From positions 1 to 58,013 of the forward strand of contig CAZMWM010000002.1 of NCBI GenBank assembly GCA_964570105.1: 58,013 bases of DNA, in the 5' to 3' direction. Below are positions 18,501-27,184 of the stretch, piece after piece. This stretch comes from an uncultured Lachnospiraceae bacterium. Its GTDB lineage: Bacteria; Bacillota; Clostridia; Oscillospirales; CAG-272. Position numbers and translations under genes: made by a program. Under the pieces are notes generated by a model, which was given only the letters and a program-made list of their open reading frames with translations, was not told the origin of the DNA and did no database searches. Position 1 is the stretch's first letter; every line of letters begins with the position of its first letter.

Positions 18501-19962
18501 CGGTTATCTCCTCCGGAATATGAAACCCGGGATCTATGAACGTATCAAAACGGGCAAGTATCTCTTCGCCCCTGCATCTGACGGCACCTATCTCGATTAT
18601 TTTATCGGTAACTGATGACAGTCCCGTGGTCTCTATATCAAATACCACGAATTCATCATTAAACGAGCACTCCTGATCGCCGAATACCGCTCGCGCGGTA
18701 TCATCAACGAGATAAGCTTCCACACCGTAAAGTATCTTTATTCCGCCCCCGAGCTTATCGAGTGCCTCCATAGCCGGAGGAAAAGCCTGTACGTTTGAGT
18801 GATCCGTTATGGCGACCGCAGGATGACCGTAGGCTTTTGCTGTTTTGATAAGCTTGGCAGGCTCGATTATAGCATCCATCTGCGAGAGCTGAGTATGCAG
18901 ATGCAGCTCCACCCTCTTTTTTGGCGCATTATCAACACGCGCCGATTTTTTGCTTATCTCCATTATAGCGGAAGGAACAAATTCATTAGTATTCGAAAAA
19001 TCGTCAGTCGAATACACGCCGTTTATCGCAACGACCGGACAGGCATTTATCTTCGCTATAAGCTCCGATGACTCCTTGGTCTCGACCACGAGCTTACAAG
19101 GAACGGAAGCTTCATTGTTTGTGACGCCAAAGCTGATGACCTGCTTTCTTCCCCTGGCTACCTCTCTGATCTCGGGAGAGAATATCTGTCCAACGATCAC
19201 ACGTGCCGTTCCGTCAGGCGATATCATATCACGTAGATCCGTGACACGCTCGATCGAAAAAGCATTTCCGAATATCGCCGTGGGAGAAGAAATATCAAAA
19301 AGCATACTTCCGCAACGCAATATTCCACCGTCAAGATATTCCAGCGGAGTAAAATGACTGCAGGCGGAAGCCAACGGCGTTTTAGCCTGCTCCTCGCGTA
19401 CTTTCTCAAGTCTTTTTTCTCTATCTGCGCGTTCAAGCTCAGCCTTATGCGCCTCAAGCTTAGCCGCTCGCTCCTCGTCCCGTATTATAGATACGGTGAA
19501 ATCGAGACCGAATTCATCCTTCAGTATCTGTTCGGCTATTTGTGGTGTATCATCATTGTACAAAAGACGTATACCGCCGTTTGAAAATCCTATCTTGACC
19601 TCAACGGTCATCCTTTCCATATCGACGTCATAATCGTAATCGTAGAAAAAGCCGTTAGCTACCGCTCCTCGTCTTTGAAGCTCGATAAGCATCTCGTCAA
19701 TATAACTGACGCTGAACAGCTCTTTTCCGTATATCGGTATGATATGAACGTAGTTTAACTGATAGGCGCTTTTGATCTCGTTTTCGAGCGCTTGAAGATC
19801 CCGTTTAGTATAAACGGACGGAAATTCAACGCGCACTTCGATAAATTTAGCTTCCTTGTTACATCTGAATTTATAGCTTCCGGCAGAGCGCATTATCTGT
19901 GCACATCTACCCGAAGTCGGAGTGTATCTTCCGAAAAGCTCCGAAAGCGTCTTGTTTGCCAT
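15583..19962 (-). CDS. polC: DNA polymerase III alpha subunit, PolC type
   Basis: 1459 aa. PHP domain (VELHLHTQLS), inserted 3'-5' exonuclease (FVVFDIETTGLS...HNASFD), the PolIII core, and the zinc module CAKCRH...CPNCG. Confidence 0.95.
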   Translation of the reverse strand: MANKTLSELFGRYTPTSGRCAQIMRSAGSYKFRCNKEAKFIEVRVEFPSVYTKRDLQALENEIKSAYQLNYVHIIPIYGKELFSVSYIDEMLIELQRRGAVANGFFYDYDYDVDMERMTVEVKIGFSNGGIRLLYNDDTPQIAEQILKDEFGLDFTVSIIRDEERAAKLEAHKAELERADREKRLEKVREEQAKTPLASACSHFTPLEYLDGGILRCGSMLFDISSPTAIFGNAFSIERVTDLRDMISPDGTARVIVGQIFSPEIREVARGRKQVISFGVTNNEASVPCKLVVETKESSELIAKINACPVVAINGVYSTDDFSNTNEFVPSAIMEISKKSARVDNAPKKRVELHLHTQLSQMDAIIEPAKLIKTAKAYGHPAVAITDHSNVQAFPPAMEALDKLGGGIKILYGVEAYLVDDTARAVFGDQECSFNDEFVVFDIETTGLSSVTDKIIEIGAVRCRGEEILARFDTFIDPGFHIPEEITALTSITDEDVKGAPKLEDALKAFLEFAGDSMLVAHNASFDTSFIRRACNECGMRFSNTYLDTLAVSRYVNTDLKRHNLDALKDYFKLEDFHHHRACDDAEITAKILYRLTLKLREEGITDIHGMVRVMAEHADPKKIKNTYHVILFAKNSSGLKNLYKIVSKSYIDYFYYTARVPKTLLMGELREGIIVGSACEAGELFRAVVEDKPDDELKRIAEFYDYLEIQPLSNNAFMLDKGDAKTPDGQKNWEMLRGFNRKIVKLGEELGKPVCATCDAHFLNPEDEIYRQVLIHGKFADADRETKLYFRTTEEMLAEFAYLGEEKAYEVVVENTNKIADMIDGDIRPIPKGSYTPKMDGVDEELQEICWKRAHEWYGDQLPKVVEDRLNRELKPIIDNGFAVLYMIAQKLIANSERAGYLVGSRGSVGSSFVATMAGVSEVNPLPPHYRCAKCRHSEFFLNGEVGSGFDLPDKNCPNCGIPMICDGHEIPFETFLGFKGEKSPDIDLNFSGDVQGDAHKYCEELFGAENVFRAGTLGSLAEKTAFGFVRKYMDERGINLNRAEIQRLINGCVGVKRTTGQHPGGIVVIPHEYEIYDFTPVQHPADDPRSTVITTHFDFNHLHDTILKLDCLGHDVPTKYVYMERFSGVKIADIPMNDRKVYDLLLTPEPLGVRPEDIDCETGTFGLPELGTPFVRQMLKEAQPKTFSDLLQISGLSHGTGVWLDNARDLIADGTCTISECIGTRDSIMVYLMHAGLDPSDAFNIMETVRKKNKFLSEKQIEIMKSHNVDQWYIDSCNKIEYMFPKAHAVAYDITAIRLGWYKIYYPLAFYAGMLTVAPGGFDAETALKGKEYLRECIADINTRGKDATAAEKDMIPIWQLVVEFYARGFEFLPPRLYRSRAKVFLPEDGKLRIPFSALPGLGEKAAEAIESVSDSETLLSVEELQQKAGLSKTHVEILKRNGVLEGLDDTNQIRFF

Positions 19963-20036
19963 TTATTCAACATCCTTTCCTGCCATCCGAGCGGCAACGG
20001 TATACCGCAGGACGGAGAAACCGCAAATTTCGAGTA

Positions 20037-21104
20037 TTAAAAGGTATTGATCTCTTTTATCAGCTCACCGACTATATCGCTTTCGCTGAGCTTTCTCACT
20101 ATTTCGCCGTGGCGGAAAAGCACCGCTTCTCCGTTACCTCCCGCAAAGCCTATATCGGCTTCCCTTGCCTCTCCGGGACCGTTAACGACACATCCCATAA
20201 GCGCGACGGTGACCGGTCTTGAAGGATGTACATCCTTCTCAACTCTCGCTTCAAATTCGTTCACGATAGATATAAGATCGATCTTCGTCCTGCCACAGGT
20301 GGGACATGAGATAACGTTTATCGGAGACGTCCTGTATCCAACAGCGGATAACAGCTCTTTTGCCGCCTTGATCTCCTTTATCGGATCGGCGGTAAGCGAG
20401 ACACGAACGGTATCCCCTATGCCGTCACACAGCAAAGTTCCGATACCCACAGCACTTTTCAGAACTCCGACACGCTCGCTCCCTGCCTCGGTAACACCTA
20501 AATGAAGCGGATAATCACAGCTTTCCGCGAGTATCCGATTTGCCCGTATCATAGTCACGGGATCGGATGATTTTATAGATATGACCGTATCGAAGAAATC
20601 AAAGCGTTCAAGTATCCTCGCGTGCTCAAGTGCACTTTCGGCGAGCGCCTCGGCGGTGGGAGAGCCGTATTTTTTCAAAATATCCTGCTTAAGAGAGCCG
20701 GAATTAACTCCTATCCTTATCGGAATGCCGCGCGTCCGACAAGCCGCAACGACCTTTTTGACGTTATCGTCTCCGCCTATATTTCCCGGATTTATCCGTA
20801 TCTTGTCCGCCCCTCTCTCCGCGCATGCGACCGCGATGCGCCAATCAAAATGTATATCGGCAACGAGGGGTATCACAACTCCGGCGTCGCGAAGCTTTTC
20901 GAATATTCCTGCGCTCTCCGTATCCGGAACAGCGAAACGCAATATCTGACATCCGGCGTCCTGCAACAGAAGTGCCTGCTTGATACAGGCTTTGGTATCA
21001 TGCGAGGGCGTATTGCACATAGATTGCACAAGAATCGGAGAATTGCCTCCGAGCGTAACTCCGCCAAGCCTTACCGTCCTCGTTTTTCTTCTGATAATAT
21101 CCAT
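20037..21104 (-). CDS. ispG: HMBPP synthase IspG (GcpE)
   Basis: VQSMCNT, RINPGNIG and the C-terminal CPTCGR..GCVVNGPGEA Fe-S motifs. The ATG at 21104 is preferred. Confidence 0.9.
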   Translation of the reverse strand: MDIIRRKTRTVRLGGVTLGGNSPILVQSMCNTPSHDTKACIKQALLLQDAGCQILRFAVPDTESAGIFEKLRDAGVVIPLVADIHFDWRIAVACAERGADKIRINPGNIGGDDNVKKVVAACRTRGIPIRIGVNSGSLKQDILKKYGSPTAEALAESALEHARILERFDFFDTVISIKSSDPVTMIRANRILAESCDYPLHLGVTEAGSERVGVLKSAVGIGTLLCDGIGDTVRVSLTADPIKEIKAAKELLSAVGYRTSPINVISCPTCGRTKIDLISIVNEFEARVEKDVHPSRPVTVALMGCVVNGPGEAREADIGFAGGNGEAVLFRHGEIVRKLSESDIVGELIKEINTF

Positions 21105-21144
21105 TTCCAAGAATATCCTCCGCACAGGTCAGCTTATACTTAAG

Positions 21145-22215
21145 CTAACGGTTTATCAACATAAATACATCCTTACAGGCGACCACGACCATGATCAGCA
21201 TAAGCACCAATATTCCGACAGTATGCACCATAGCTTCAACGTCGGGCTTCACCGGCTTACGTCTGATAGCTTCAACGAGCAGAAAAACAAATCTTCCGCC
21301 GTCGAGAGCAGGGATAGGTAAAAGATTAAATATTCCCAAGTTCATCGATATCAAAACGAGCATATTGAGCACCGTCGTCCAACCGCTCTTCGTCGCTTCT
21401 CCGAGCGCTTCTGTGATACCTATAGGACCGGAGACCTGATCAAGTCCGTATCTACCGGTAATCAATCCCGCAAACGACTCCCAACACATCTCCATCGAGC
21501 TTATACATTTGTAAAACGAGTGCTCGATGACGGTAAAAAAGTTCTTTTCCGCGCGCAATACCGTAAAATCAACACTACCAAAGGTAACTCCGGAGCTTTC
21601 GTACGTAGGAAATACCACGCCTTCAACGTCCAGCTTTTCCCCGTCTCTGATGACAGTCACCGTAACGGGCTTAGTTCCTTTAAATGCCACCGTATATACC
21701 AGATCGTCTACTATATGCACGCGTTTTCCGTCTATCTTCAGTATCTCGTCGCCGGGAAGGAGCTTTTCGTATGTGTTGGAGACGGAGCTTTCCGTGATCT
21801 CCTCGCCGCTCTGCTCTTCCGAAGCCTCGGGCGGACGGGTATTCGCGATCACCGTTGAGCCGAGCTTATCCGTACCTATCACAACGATACACATGACCAA
21901 CGCGGCAAAAATTATATTCACCAGCGCTCCACTGACTATGATCACCATTCTCTGCCATACAGGCTTACAACAGAAGGCAGCTTCGTCACTTGAGTCGCCG
22001 TTCTCGCCTTCAATGCTGTTAAAGCCGCCGATAGGAAACACCCTGAGCGAATACACGGTACCGCTTTTTTTACTTTTTACCGAAAAGATCTTCGGTCCCA
22101 TACCGATAGCAAACTCATTCACTCTGACGCCGAATATACGCGCGGCGACAAAATGTCCCATCTCGTGTACAAAGATCAATATGCCAAACAGAAGTAATGC
22201 GATCAAAATACTCAA
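21145..22215 (-). CDS. rseP: RIP (site-2) zinc metalloprotease RseP/RasP family
   Basis: HEMGHF zinc motif in TM1, a central PDZ-like segment, and the NLLPIPALDGG motif. Confidence 0.85.
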   Translation of the reverse strand: MSILIALLLFGILIFVHEMGHFVAARIFGVRVNEFAIGMGPKIFSVKSKKSGTVYSLRVFPIGGFNSIEGENGDSSDEAAFCCKPVWQRMVIIVSGALVNIIFAALVMCIVVIGTDKLGSTVIANTRPPEASEEQSGEEITESSVSNTYEKLLPGDEILKIDGKRVHIVDDLVYTVAFKGTKPVTVTVIRDGEKLDVEGVVFPTYESSGVTFGSVDFTVLRAEKNFFTVIEHSFYKCISSMEMCWESFAGLITGRYGLDQVSGPIGITEALGEATKSGWTTVLNMLVLISMNLGIFNLLPIPALDGGRFVFLLVEAIRRKPVKPDVEAMVHTVGILVLMLIMVVVACKDVFMLINR

Positions 22216-22239
22216 AATAAATATCCTTTCATTAGGGGC

Positions 22240-23406
22240 TTATCTGTGCAAAAAACGTTCGTTCACTCTTCTTTTTGCTTCCCTGTCGGCTTCGAACACG
22301 GCATCAAGCGTGTCGCATTCGGTGACCGAAGTATTTAGTGTTGCATCCTCAACTGAACAAAACAGCTCCGGAAGAGTGATCTTATCCTCAAGATACAAAG
22401 CCACGGCGGCTTCGTTGGCGCCGTTCAATGCGGCGCATGCGCCCCCACCGACGGCAAATGCAGTCTTAGCCAGATCAAGAAGCGGAAACACATCACGGTC
22501 AGGCTTGAAAAACGTCATACTTCCAAGCTTTGCAAGATCGAGTGGAGGCGTGACACCCTCAAATCTTTCGGGAGCGGTAAGCGCGTATTGGACGCAGAGC
22601 CTCATATCCGGAACAGCCATCTGCGCTATGATAGCGTTGTCGTTATATTCCACCATCGAATGTATCACGCTCTCGGGATGCACTATCACGTCTATCCGCT
22701 CGGGATCAAATCCAAAAAGCCAAGCCGCTTCTATTATCTCAAATCCCTTATTCATCATGGTGGCGCTGTCCACCGTTATCTTCTTACCCATGCTCCACGT
22801 CGGGTGCTTTAGGGCGTTAGATGCTTTTTGTAAAGCCACCTGCTCACGCGTCATTCCTCTGAACGGTCCTCCGGAAGCGGTGAGTATCAAGCGTTTTACC
22901 TGATCTGACCTCCCTGCTGAAAGAGCTTGCCAAACGGCGCAATGCTCGCTGTCGACCGGTAGTATGGGAAGATTTTTTTCATTGGCGAGAGAGGTCACTA
23001 TCTTTCCGGCAGTAACAAGACTTTCTTTATTTGCGAGCGCAAGACGTTTTCCGGAACTGAGCGCGGCTACCGACGGACGAAGCCCTGCAATACCGGTAAC
23101 CGAATTAAGCAGTGTGTCCGCATCGGCTTCTGCGGCGACAGTCTCCGCCGCGGACTCTCCCGAAACTATTCGACAAGCCGTATCCGCTACACCGAGCTTT
23201 AGCTCAGCGGCGGCATTCGGATCTGCGACACCGCAGATATCCGGAGAAAATTCTCTTATTATCCGTTCCGCCGTAGCTATATCCCTTGCACAGCTTATAG
23301 CCGTCACCCTCATATTAAAGTGACGGGCGACCTCAAGCGCCTGCATACCGACTGAGCCTGTCGCACCTGTGATCGCTATTTTTTTGACGCATTCATTATT
23401 ATCCAA
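22240..23406 (-). CDS. dxr: 1-deoxy-D-xylulose-5-phosphate reductoisomerase Dxr
   Basis: ITGATGSVG, LANKESLV, PVDSEH and NKGFEIIEA motifs, with an apparent TTG start. Confidence 0.9.
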   Translation of the reverse strand: MDNNECVKKIAITGATGSVGMQALEVARHFNMRVTAISCARDIATAERIIREFSPDICGVADPNAAAELKLGVADTACRIVSGESAAETVAAEADADTLLNSVTGIAGLRPSVAALSSGKRLALANKESLVTAGKIVTSLANEKNLPILPVDSEHCAVWQALSAGRSDQVKRLILTASGGPFRGMTREQVALQKASNALKHPTWSMGKKITVDSATMMNKGFEIIEAAWLFGFDPERIDVIVHPESVIHSMVEYNDNAIIAQMAVPDMRLCVQYALTAPERFEGVTPPLDLAKLGSMTFFKPDRDVFPLLDLAKTAFAVGGGACAALNGANEAAVALYLEDKITLPELFCSVEDATLNTSVTECDTLDAVFEADREAKRRVNERFLHR

Positions 23407-23501
23407 CGCACATAACCATCCTGACCTTCCAACAGTGTATCCGTAATACTATCTTATGATGCCACTGCGAAAAAAATAAATATCCGAAACGCGCTCCGAG
23501 T

Positions 23502-23540
23502 AAAAAATATGGGGCATTTCCGCGAATACAGAAACGCCCC
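23502..23540 (-). terminator. Rho-independent terminator after cdsA
   Basis: Minus strand reads GGGGCGTTTC-loop-GAAATGCCCC (one G-U pair) followed by ATATTTTTTAC. Confidence 0.55.
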
Positions 23541-23561
23541 GAGCTATTTATGCGTATACAG

Positions 23562-24395
23562 TCAATAAAACAAGGCGTTAGAAGAAAACAAAACGCAAAC
23601 GATATATATGAACGGTCCCGTTGCTATGCATGAATCAAACCTGTCCATAACTCCGCCGTGACCGGGAAAAAGCTTTCCGTAATCCTTAACTCCGTGCTCT
23701 CTTTTTACGAGAGATGCGATAAGATCTCCGCATTGGCTGACGAGACAACCAATAAATGTAACGAGCAACAAGACCGGATAATTAGGCTTCATACCAAACC
23801 CTAACTGAGTTACGACACCGAAGATCACGGTTATGAGAAGAGTACCGATTATGCCGCCAATGGCGCCCTCGACGGTCTTTTTGGGGCTAACGTCGGGTAT
23901 GAGCTTATGTTTGCCGAAAAATACTCCGGTAAAATACGCCATAGCATCGCATATCCACGGAATAAGAAACCACAGAAAAAACATCACCAGCCCGTATTCC
24001 ATATCCCTCAAAAGCAGTAGCGACGAGAAACCGGAGGAAACGTACACTGTCATGACCGTGACTGTGGTCATCTCGGATATCTTATGCTTTCCCTTTGAAA
24101 AAACAGCCGATACGAGCATTATGAAAGAGTAAACTGTACAGAGCATAAACGCATATCTTAGATACTGAACGGTCTCGGGGATCGTTCGCGCCAATATCTG
24201 CAGGGTGACGGTCAAACCCACCGATGGGATGAGCAGGATCGGAGACCGTTCTTTTCCGACGCATCTCAGTATCTCATATACGCCGACGGCAGAAAGTACG
24301 GACGTGAAAACAACGAGCAAAAAAGTATCCGAAAATATGATGAATGGGATAAGTATAACAATGCCTATCGCAGCAGTCGTTATCCGTTTTAACAT
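23562..24395 (-). CDS. cdsA: Phosphatidate cytidylyltransferase CdsA
   Basis: Polytopic membrane protein with the signature SLVKREHGVKDYGKLFPGHGGVMDRFDS. Confidence 0.9.
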   Translation of the reverse strand: MLKRITTAAIGIVILIPFIIFSDTFLLVVFTSVLSAVGVYEILRCVGKERSPILLIPSVGLTVTLQILARTIPETVQYLRYAFMLCTVYSFIMLVSAVFSKGKHKISEMTTVTVMTVYVSSGFSSLLLLRDMEYGLVMFFLWFLIPWICDAMAYFTGVFFGKHKLIPDVSPKKTVEGAIGGIIGTLLITVIFGVVTQLGFGMKPNYPVLLLVTFIGCLVSQCGDLIASLVKREHGVKDYGKLFPGHGGVMDRFDSCIATGPFIYIVCVLFSSNALFY

Positions 24396-24424
24396 TATAA
24401 AGCTCCCTTTAAATATGAGTTATC

Positions 24425-25168
24425 TCAGCTATTCTCAGAGATATTACCGAAGCGCCGTGTCCGACCGTAAAAGCTTTCAACGGCGGCGTCGATATCGCGC
24501 TCCGAAAGCTCCGGCCAAAGAACATCTGTAAAATACAGCTCGGAATACGCAGATTGCCACATGAGGAAATTGGAAAGTCGTTGTTCCCCCGCAGTCCTCA
24601 CGATAAGATCCGGCGGAGGGCAACCGTGTGTATATACACGCTCGTCAATAAGCTCTTCCGTGATCTCGGTCACACCATCATTTATCAAGCTGTTAACTGC
24701 GTGGACTATCTCGTCACGACCGCCGTAATTGAGTGCAACATTGAGTCGCTTGGATCTACCTGCCGAGCGGCACTCCGCGCTCTCGATCTTCCGCTTGAGC
24801 CTATCCGAGAGCGGAGCCATGTCGCCGATAAATTTCACCTCGATGTCGTAATCGTCCGTTTTTTTCAGCAAACGGTCAAGATAGCGCTCAAGAAGCTGCA
24901 TTATCCGATCGACCTCCGCCTTCGGTCTGCTCCAATTCTCCGTAGAAAACGCGTATACGGTAACGCACTTGATACCGATCTCGCCGCAATATCTTACTAC
25001 ACGCTCAAAGGTGCTTGCGCCCTTCGTGTGTCCGTATTCGCGAGGAAATCCTTTCGACGTCGCCCATCTCCCGTTTCCATCCATAATGAACGCTATATGC
25101 TTGAGTCTTTCGTCAACGGTCATTTCGAGAGCGTCCCTTTCTGCGTAATGATATTCGGTCAACAGCAC
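24425..25168 (-). CDS. uppS: Undecaprenyl diphosphate synthase UppS
   Basis: IAFIMDGNGRWA, FSTENW.R and the RTAGEQRLSNFL.WQ..Y.E motif. The start may instead be the ATG at 25123 (the track start is GTG). Confidence 0.9.
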   Translation of the reverse strand: MLLTEYHYAERDALEMTVDERLKHIAFIMDGNGRWATSKGFPREYGHTKGASTFERVVRYCGEIGIKCVTVYAFSTENWSRPKAEVDRIMQLLERYLDRLLKKTDDYDIEVKFIGDMAPLSDRLKRKIESAECRSAGRSKRLNVALNYGGRDEIVHAVNSLINDGVTEITEELIDERVYTHGCPPPDLIVRTAGEQRLSNFLMWQSAYSELYFTDVLWPELSERDIDAAVESFYGRTRRFGNISENS

Positions 25169-25183
25169 CGAACAGACCGAGCA

Positions 25184-25738
25184 TTAAACGGTCATTATCT
25201 CCTTTTCCTTTGCCGCACATATGACTTCAAGCTGTTTTACGTACTTATCGGTCATATCCTGAACGTTCTTTTCCGAGGTCTTTTGCTCATCCTCGGTCAT
25301 CTCGCCCTTTTTCTTCATATCCTTGCAACGGTCGTTCGCATCGCGGCGGATATTACGCACTGCGATCTTAGCCTCCTCCGTCAGCTTCTGCACCTGCTTG
25401 GTAAGCTCGCGGCGGCGATCCTCGGTGGGAGCCGGGAAGCTCAGGCGAAGCATCTTGCCATCATTTTGCGGCACTATTCCGATATCGGAAGCGAGTATAG
25501 CCTTCTCTATCGGCTTGAGCAAAGAAGCATCCCAAGGGCTGATAGTCATAGTACGCGCATCCGGCATGGCAATAGCGGCAACGCCGTTTATAGCTGTGGG
25601 CGAGCCGTAATAATCCACGGTCACCTTATCAAGTATGGCAGGATTTGCTCTTCCGGCGCGAATGGTAGCCAACTCATGCTCAAAGCTACCTATCGCCTTC
25701 TGCATTTTTTCTTCAAATTCCTTAGTATTGAGCTTCAT
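25184..25738 (-). CDS. frr: Ribosome recycling factor Frr
   Basis: 184 aa from the ATG at 25738 (AAGGGA RBS). Typical Frr sequence (RAGRANPA.LD...V.YYG..T). Confidence 0.9.
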   Translation of the reverse strand: MKLNTKEFEEKMQKAIGSFEHELATIRAGRANPAILDKVTVDYYGSPTAINGVAAIAMPDARTMTISPWDASLLKPIEKAILASDIGIVPQNDGKMLRLSFPAPTEDRRRELTKQVQKLTEEAKIAVRNIRRDANDRCKDMKKKGEMTEDEQKTSEKNVQDMTDKYVKQLEVICAAKEKEIMTV

Positions 25739-25860
25739 ATCATTCCCTTTCATTCCGTCTGTTCTCAGCCCGACGGCGGCGGTATTTTCTTGTTTGTGAA
25801 TTATATGTAAGTTTATAAGAGGCGCAGACCTTTCAGTGCGTGCTCTTATAACAAGCCGCG

Positions 25861-26574
25861 TCAGCAGGTGACCGTCGTACCGATCTTCTCGCCGTTCACA
25901 CCGCGAATTATGTTCCGGGGATCGGCAAGCCCGAAGAGCAATAACGGAAGCTTATTTTCAAGCCCGAAGGAAGCGGCTGTAATGTCCATAACGCCAAGGC
26001 GTTTTTCAAGTATCTCCGAATACGATATCTCTTCGATCTTTTTAGCCGTGGAATCAATGTTGGGATCCGCAGTATATACCCCATCCACATTCTTTGCGAA
26101 AAATGCTATATCGGCTTTTATCTCCACCGCACGAAGGATAGCGGTAGTATCCGTAGTAAAATACGGACTGCCGGTACCGGCACCGAATATAACGACTCTG
26201 CCGGCTTCGAGATGCCGTATAGCCTCCTCGCGCACGAACGGCTCGGCAACGCCCTTTATCTCGACCGCAGTCATCACCCTTGCGTCAACACCGGCGGAAA
26301 CAAATGCGTCCTGAAGCGCAACGGCGTTGATAACGGTCGCGAGCATTCCCATCCTGTCAGCGCGCACTCTGTCCATTCCGCCGCCTTCCCTGCCGCGCCA
26401 GATATTACCACCTCCGACCACTATGGCTATCTGCGCTCCGGCAAGCAAGCATTGCTTTATTTTCGAAACCACCTCATCGATAAAGTCATAATCGTAAAGC
26501 CCGTCCTTTTTATTTGCAAGAGCTTCACCGGAAAGCTTGAGCAATATTCTTTTATAATACGGTGAATTTTCCAT
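25861..26574 (-). CDS. pyrH: UMP kinase PyrH
   Basis: YKRILLKLSGEAL, VVGGGNIWRG and FGAGTGSPYFTTDT motifs. Confidence 0.95.
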   Translation of the reverse strand: MENSPYYKRILLKLSGEALANKKDGLYDYDFIDEVVSKIKQCLLAGAQIAIVVGGGNIWRGREGGGMDRVRADRMGMLATVINAVALQDAFVSAGVDARVMTAVEIKGVAEPFVREEAIRHLEAGRVVIFGAGTGSPYFTTDTTAILRAVEIKADIAFFAKNVDGVYTADPNIDSTAKKIEEISYSEILEKRLGVMDITAASFGLENKLPLLLFGLADPRNIIRGVNGEKIGTTVTC

Positions 26575-26617
26575 TGATCCCGGTTTCCTTTCGTATAAAA
26601 ATTCAGTTACACCCTAT

Positions 26618-26646
26618 ATTATAATATAAAGGAGCCAAAAAAGCAA
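26618..26646 (-). promoter_or_regulatory. Candidate sigma-A promoter for pyrH
   Basis: Minus strand reads TTGCTT (26646-26641), 17 nt, TATAAT (26623-26618), about 45 nt upstream of the pyrH ATG. Confidence 0.5.
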
Positions 26647-26854
26647 TATACTTCATAGAAATTTATCATTTTGAACGGCATTTTTTCTTTCCGAGACGTA
26701 AATATCAGAAGCTTTGCCCCCAAATAAGCCCACGTCTCTCGAAAAAACTCAACTAAGAGTGTTCACAAACATAAAGACCGAGAGGACAGTCCCATCGACC
26801 ATCCCCTCGGTAAGCACCGAAAACGGCTATATGATACATCGGTACATTGAGCGT

Positions 26855-27082
26855 TCATTCCTCGACATAATTGTAATTGATAGTTATAGAATAGTATTCG
26901 AGGTAGATTTTGCTTATCGCATCCCATTCTTCTTCACTACCGGTGTAATTTATGGTAGCAAGACTATCGCAGAAAAGGAACGCATATTCTCCTATGCTCG
27001 TTACAAGTTTACCAAAACAACTTGACGGGATAATAACATTTTTATCCGAATAACACCAAAGTCGGATTTTGTCAATACTTAT
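26855..27082 (-). pseudogene. Startless 3' remnant of a BspA-type LRR lipoprotein gene
   Basis: A 75-codon open frame ends ...VIIPSSCFGKLVTSIGEYAFLFCDSLATINYTGSEEEWDAISKIYLEYYSITINYNYVEE*. This parallels the C-terminus of the 127..2298 gene (..VTSIGYFAFYDCYSLTTINYTGSEEEWNAI...YNYVGE*). The two share the 22-mer ctaccggtgtaatttatggtag. There is no in-frame ATG/GTG/TTG, no RBS and no N-terminal part. Confidence 0.65.
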
Positions 27083-27111
27083 TTAAAAAAGAATTACAAA
27101 AGTGCCGGATA

Positions 27112-27149
27112 AACAGAAAAACCACGTTGCCGCAAACACGGCAACGTGG
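27112..27149 (-). terminator. Rho-independent terminator after tsf
   Basis: 11-bp stem CCACGTTGCCG (27122-27132) / CGGCAACGTGG (27139-27149), followed on the minus strand by TTTTTCTGTTT. Confidence 0.75.
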
Positions 27150-27184
27150 CAAAATGACCCTATGATGCTTTGACCGTCGGTGAA

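Noticed and set aside
21527-22903. Very long plus-strand ORFs antisense to housekeeping genes: 21527..22903 (458 aa), 24554..25810 (418 aa), 44613..45875 (420 aa), 48393..49667 (424 aa), 16615..17673 (352 aa), 8618..9400 (260 aa) and, on the minus strand, 41050..41760 (236 aa).
   Set aside because: Each lies entirely opposite a confidently identified conserved gene (rseP/dxr, uppS/frr, carB, argJ, polC, hisF/hisA, the oxidoreductase). The translations are low-complexity (S/R/L/I-rich) with no recognisable motifs or RBS. They are typical shadow ORFs produced by the codon bias of the real gene.
25754-25860. Imperfect hairpin (TATAAGAG-GCGCA ... TGCGTGCTCTTATA) between pyrH and frr.
   Set aside because: The stem is bulged and no T-run follows it on the coding strand, and pyrH-frr are normally co-transcribed. 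It does not meet terminator criteria.
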